Shown here piece after piece: positions 59,001-64,000 of a stretch of DNA of 64,000 nucleotides. Each line of letters starts with the position of its first letter. The first letter of the stretch is position 1. This DNA is from the human T2T-CHM13v2.0 reference genome, Homo sapiens: NCBI RefSeq assembly GCF_009914755.1, contig NC_060935.1, one strand, 5' to 3'. Under the pieces are notes generated by a model. The model saw only the letters and a list, made by a program, of their open reading frames with translations, was not told the origin of the DNA and ran no database searches. The translations under genes were made by a program, and so were the position numbers.

Positions 59001-59114
59001 GCTACTAAAAACGGTTAGGCCCAGTGTCTCCAAGCTACCTGCTGCAAGGTGGTTGGCCTAGCATGCACACTCTTTTCTGGGGGAGGCAGCAGGCTGGCAA
59101 CAAATGTCTGTTCA
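59001..59114 (+). repeat. Putative donor of the insert in the RPL7A pseudogene
   Basis: About 90% identical to 55453-55567. Confidence 0.9.
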
Positions 59115-59321
59115 TTGTCAAAGTTGATAGCACTCTGGAGTCAAATTGCCCAAGTTCAAATGCTACTCCTACCACTTCTCAACTGTTTGAGCATGAGCAA
59201 GGGACTGAAACCCTTTATATTTCTCTATGCTTCTGTTTTTTTAATCTGTAAAATGGAGTCTTTAAGGATAAGATCTTAGCAGAATGCCTGACACACAGGA
59301 AATGCTGAAAAAATATTAAAT

Positions 59322-59433
59322 ACCATTATCCCTTGGTTTTCATGGGGGAACACTTCCAGAACCCCCCTCAGATACCAAAGTCTGCTGATGTTGAAGACCC
59401 TTATATTAAATGGTATAGTATTTGCATATAACC
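59322..59433. mobile_element. MER2 (TcMar-Tigger) fragment, cut by the HERV-L insertion
   Basis: 'cccttggttttcatggggg...gataccaaagtctgctgatg...cccttatattaaatggtatagtatttgcatataacc'. Confidence 0.75.
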
Positions 59434-59930
59434 TGTGATGGTTAATACTGAGTGTCAACTTGATTGGATTAAAAGATGCAATATTGATCCTGGGTGTGTC
59501 TGTGAGGGTGTTGTCAAAGGAGATTAACATTTGAGTCAGTGGGCTGGGGAAGGCAGACCCACCCTTAATCAGGTGGGCACCATCTAATCAGCCGCCAGCA
59601 AATATAAAGCAGGCAGAAAAATGTGAAGCAATGATACAGGCCTAGCCCCCCAGCTTACGTCTTTCTCCTGTGCTTGATGGTTCTTCAGTTTTGGGACTTG
59701 GACTGCCTCTCCTTACTCCTTAGCTGCAGACAGCCTATTGTGGGGCCTTGTGATCATATAAGTTAATACTTAATAAACTCCCTTTATATATATGTATCCT
59801 ATTAGATATATATATATATATATATTCTATTATTTATATATATATCTATTAGATATATATATATTCTATTATTTATATATATATCCTATTATATATAGGG
59901 TTCCCTCTAAGAGAACCCTTGACGAATACA
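59434..59930 (+). mobile_element. MLT2A (MLT2A1/A2) 5' LTR of HERV-L
   Basis: Starts 'tgtgatggttaatactgagtgtcaacttgattggatt'. TATA 'atataaagcagg', AATAAA near 59771, internal TA-rich expansion, ends 'aataca'. Confidence 0.92.
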
Positions 59931-62900
59931 GATTTTGGTACCAGGAGTGGTTCTAGAGGAACAGAATATTAAGGATGGAGTTTGTTCATTGGTTTTGAGG
60001 TTTCTAGAGTTGGCTGCTTAATATGATTAGACCCAAAAATGCTAAGGACTGTATTTCTAATAGTATGTAGAATACTGATAGTCCTTGGCGGAAACTGTTT
60101 AGAGAGTTATGTGAAATACATGCATTTGACACTCCTGATTCACTGCTCATGAAAGGCTAGGAGTTTAATGACTCTATACTTAATACTTTTGACCATATGT
60201 GAAGAACCAAGGAACATAATGAAGCTGGTTGGTTGTTCAGTGGACAAAGTGATGAAACAAAATTATGAACTCAGGGATTCTGTCTCCTGGCTTCAGAAGC
60301 AGACACTGAGCCTCAAATCTGCTAAGATTGCATTGAGTGAGAGTCTTATCTCCTGTAGAGAAAGAGCTGAAATTGTAAAAAAAACAGACACAAGCTCTTA
60401 TCATGCAAGTGGCTGAGCTGCAAGGGAAGATGCATGCACAGCCCCACCAGGTGTTTGCTGTTAAAGTGAGGGCATTGATTGGAAAAGAATGGGGCCCTGC
60501 AACTTGGAATGGGGACATGTGGGGGGAACCTGATGAAGCTGGGGACACTGAGTTGGTAAACTCTGATGAATATTTTTTTGCCAGAAGGAACAGCTTCACC
60601 ATTCCCCGTAGTGACAACATACCCTCCCTGACCTATGCTGCCATCAGCCTTTCCACCTTTGTCTGAGGAAATAAACCCTGCACTGCCCGAGGCAACAGTG
60701 ATGGCCTCCACTGAGGCAGTTGCCAGGCAAGATAATGTTGATTCTCCTCAGAAGCCACCTCCAACACCTCTGTTTGCTTCTAGACCTATAACTAGACTAA
60801 AGTCCTGGCAGGCCCCTAGAGGTGAGGTTGACCCATGTGACCGGAGGTGCACTACACTCAAAAAAAACTGTTTGTGTTCTCTAGTTTATATAATCCACAA
60901 TCTGGAGAACAGGCATGGGAATGGATATTAAGGGTATGGGATAATGGTGGAAGGAACATAGAGTTGGATCAGGCTGAATTTATTGACTTGAGCCCACTAA
61001 GTAGGGAACTCTGAATTTAATGTTGCAGCTTGGGAAGCTCAAAAAGGTTCTAATAGTCTATTTTCTTGGTTAGCTGAACTATGGATTAAAAGATGGCCCA
61101 CTGTGAGTGAGCTGGAAATGCCTATCTCCCTTGGCTTAATGTAGAGGAAGGGATCCAAAGGCTTGGGGAGACGGGGATGGTGGAGTGGTTTAGTCACTTC
61201 AGACCTACTCATCCCAGCTGGGAAGGTCTAGAAGATATACCCTTGACCAATGCCTTGTGAAGTAGATTTGTAAGGGCAGCACCTGCATCTCTGGAGAGCC
61301 CTGTAATTGCTCTTCTCTGTATTTCAGATCTAATGGTGGGAACTGCAGTCACTCAACTATAAAATTTAAATGCAATGAGAATAAGTGGATCCTGAGGTGG
61401 CAGGGGCCAAGTGGCAGCACTCAACTTCCAAAGGCGAGGTGGGCATAGCTACTGTAATGGACAGCAGAGGCAAAGCAGCAATCAGAATAGTCTGACTCTT
61501 TTAGAGCTCTGGCATAGGCTAATTAATCATGGTGTTCCTAGAGGTGAAATTGATAGGAAGCCTACTGCATTTCTACTTAAATTATACAAGCAGAAAACTT
61601 CTAGGTCAAACGGACAAAAGGCTAATTTGAATTATAAAAACAGAGAATCATGGCCCCTCAATCAATTTCCCAACTTGATTTACAGACCCAGCCAGTTTAC
61701 AGACCCAGAACCCTTTGAATGAAGGGGAGGCCGGGTCCTCTTGAGGAAGGACCCCACTACATTACCCACAATTTATGCATTGAATCTTTCTCCCATCCTT
61801 CCCCAAGGAGACCTCCGGCCTTTTACCAGGGTAACTGTGCACTGGGGAAAGGGAAATGATCAGACATTTTGGGGACTACTGGACACTGGCTCTGAGCTGA
61901 CATTGATTTGAGGGGACTGAAAACGTCATTATGGTCCTCCAGTTAGAGTAGGGGCTTCTGGAGGTCAGGTAATTCATGGAGTTTTAGCTCACATCTGATT
62001 TACAGTGGGTCCAGTGGGTCCCCGGACTCATCCTGTGGTCATTTCCCCAGTGCCAGCATGCATAATTGGCATAGACATACTTAGCAGCTGGCAGTACCCC
62101 CACATTGACTCCCTGACTGGTAGGGTAAGGGCTATTATGGTGGTAAAGGCCAAATGGAAGCCCTTAGAGCTGCCTCTACCTAGAAAAATAGTAAATAAAA
62201 AACAATATCACATCCCTGGAGGGATTGTGGAGATTAGTGCCACCATCAAGGATTTGAAAGATGCAGGGGTGGTGATTCCCACCACATCCCCATTCAACTC
62301 TCCCATTTGGCCTGTGCAGAAGACAGACGGATCTTGGAGAATGACAGTGGGTTATCGTAAACTTAACCAAGTGGTGACTCCAGTTGCAGCTGCTATACCA
62401 GATGTGGTTTCATTGCTTGAGCAAATTAACACATCTCCTGGTACCTGGGATGCAGCTACTGACTTGGCAAACCCCTTTTTCTCTATTCCTGTCCATAAGG
62501 CCCACCAGAAGCAATTTGCCTTCAACTGGCAAGGCCAGCAATATACCTTCACTGTCCTACCTCAGGGGTATATCAACTCTTTGGCTTTGTGTCATAACCT
62601 TATTCGGAGAGACCTCGATCACTTTTTACTTCTGCAAGATATCACACTGGTCCATTACATTAATGACATTATGCTAATTGGGTCCAGTGAGCAAGAGGTA
62701 GCAAACACACTGGACTTATTGGTGAGACATTTGCATGCCAGAGGATGGGAAATAAATCCGACTAAAATTCAGGGACTTTCTACCTCAGTAAAATTTCTAG
62801 GGTTCCAGTGGAGTAGGGCCTGTTGAGATATTCCTTCTAAGATAAAGGATAAGTTGCTGCATTTGGCCCCTCCTACAACCAAGAAAGAGGCACAATGCCT

Positions 62901-64000
62901 AGTAGGCTTATTTCGATTTTGGCGGCAACACATTTCTCATTTGGGTGTGTTACTCTGGCCCTTTATCAAATGACCCAAAAGGCTACCAGTTTTGAGTGGA
63001 GTCCAGAACAGGAGAAGGCTCTGCAACAGGTCCAGGCTGTGGTGCAAGCTGCTCTGACACTTGGGCCATATGACCCAGCAGATCCAATGGTGCTTGAGGT
63101 GTCAGTGGCAGATTGGGGTGTTGTTTGGAGCCTTTGGCAGGCTCACATAGGTGAACCACAGTGGATGCCTCTAGGATTTTAGAGCAAGGCCCTGCCATCT
63201 TCTACAGATAACTACTCTCCTTTTGAGAGACAGCTCTTGGCCTGTTACTGGGCTTTGATGGAAACTGAAACTTTGACTATGGGTCATCAAGTCACTGTGT
63301 GATGTGAACTGCCTATCATGAACTGGGTGCTTTCTGACCCATCTAGCCATAAAGTGGGTCGTGCACAGCAGCATTCCATCATCAAATGGAAGTGGTATAT
63401 ACATAATCTAGCTCAAGCAGGTCCTGAAGACACAAGTAAGTTACATGAGGAAGTTGCTTAAATGCCCATGGTCTCCACTCCTGTCACCCTGCCTTCTCTC
63501 CCCAAGCCTGAACTGATGGCCTCATGGGGAGTTCCCTATGGTCAGTTGACAGAGGAAGAAAAGACTAGGGCCTGGCTCACAGATGGTTCTGCGCGATATG
63601 CAGGCCCCACCCAAAAGTGGACAGCTGCAACACTGCGGCCCTTTTCTAGGACATCCCTGAAGGACAGCAGTGAAGGGAGACCTTCCCAGTGGGCAGAACT
63701 TTGAGCAGCACACCTGGTTCCACACTTTGCATGGAAGGAGAAATAGCCAGATGTGCGATTATATACTGATTCATGGGCTGTAGCCAATGGTTTGGCTGGA
63801 TTGTCAGGGACTTGGAAGAAGCATGATTGGAAAATTGATGACAAAGAAATTTCAGGAAGAGGTATGCAGATGGACCTCTCTGAGTGGTCAAAAACTGTGA
63901 AGATATTTGTATCCCATGTGCATGCTCAGCAACAAGTGACCTCAGTGGAAGAGGATTTTAATAATCAAGTGGATGGGATGACCCATTCTGTGGACACCAC
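59931..64000 (+). mobile_element. HERV-L internal region (gag, protease, RT, RNase H), defective; continues beyond the window
   Basis: PBS region 'gattttggtaccaggagtgg'. Gag remnants (VKVRALIGKEW.PATWNGD, ELWHRLINHGVPRGEID), protease LLDTGSELTLI near 61877, RT, and RNase H WLTDGSA near 63572. Multiple stops and frameshifts. Confidence 0.95.
62005..62826 (+). pseudogene. HERV-L pol remnant: open stretch of the reverse transcriptase domain, predicted inactive
   Basis: Motifs [41 protein letters not shown] and VKFLG. The catalytic YxDD reads YIND, and a premature stop lies at 62824-62826. Confidence 0.92.

Overview
This is primate, most likely human, genomic DNA that is repeat-dense and intergenic or intronic. 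I recognise no intact protein-coding gene, tRNA, rRNA or CRISPR array. It contains about 21 Alu elements (18 on +, 3 on -), many old MIR, L2, L1 and MaLR (MLT1/MST) fragments, and a MER21 LTR carrying a nested LTR18-like solo LTR. It also holds a decayed LTR16/HERV16-type ERV-L provirus (7.5-10.8 kb), a full-length MER41B-like solo LTR (45.7-46.3 kb), a processed RPL7A pseudogene on the minus strand (55.06-56.06 kb), and the 5' part of a HERV-L provirus (MLT2A LTR, gag, pro, RT, RNase H) that runs off the right edge. The most unusual structure is a set of three short (110-270 bp) local duplications at about 90-94% identity, with copies 2.4-5.6 kb apart: an A-B...B-A' rearrangement, an inverted pair, and a direct copy inserted into the RPL7A pseudogene. 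Other points of note are an Alu-tail (GAA)21-GAG-(GAA)7 tract, an intact STAT GAS site in MER41B, a perfect DUX4-type site in MLT2A, and possible minus-strand lncRNA exons. Repeat family names come from recalled consensus sequences, not a database search. Identities are hand counts, and the boundaries of old repeats are approximate. I cannot support a claim of a wholly new biological system here.
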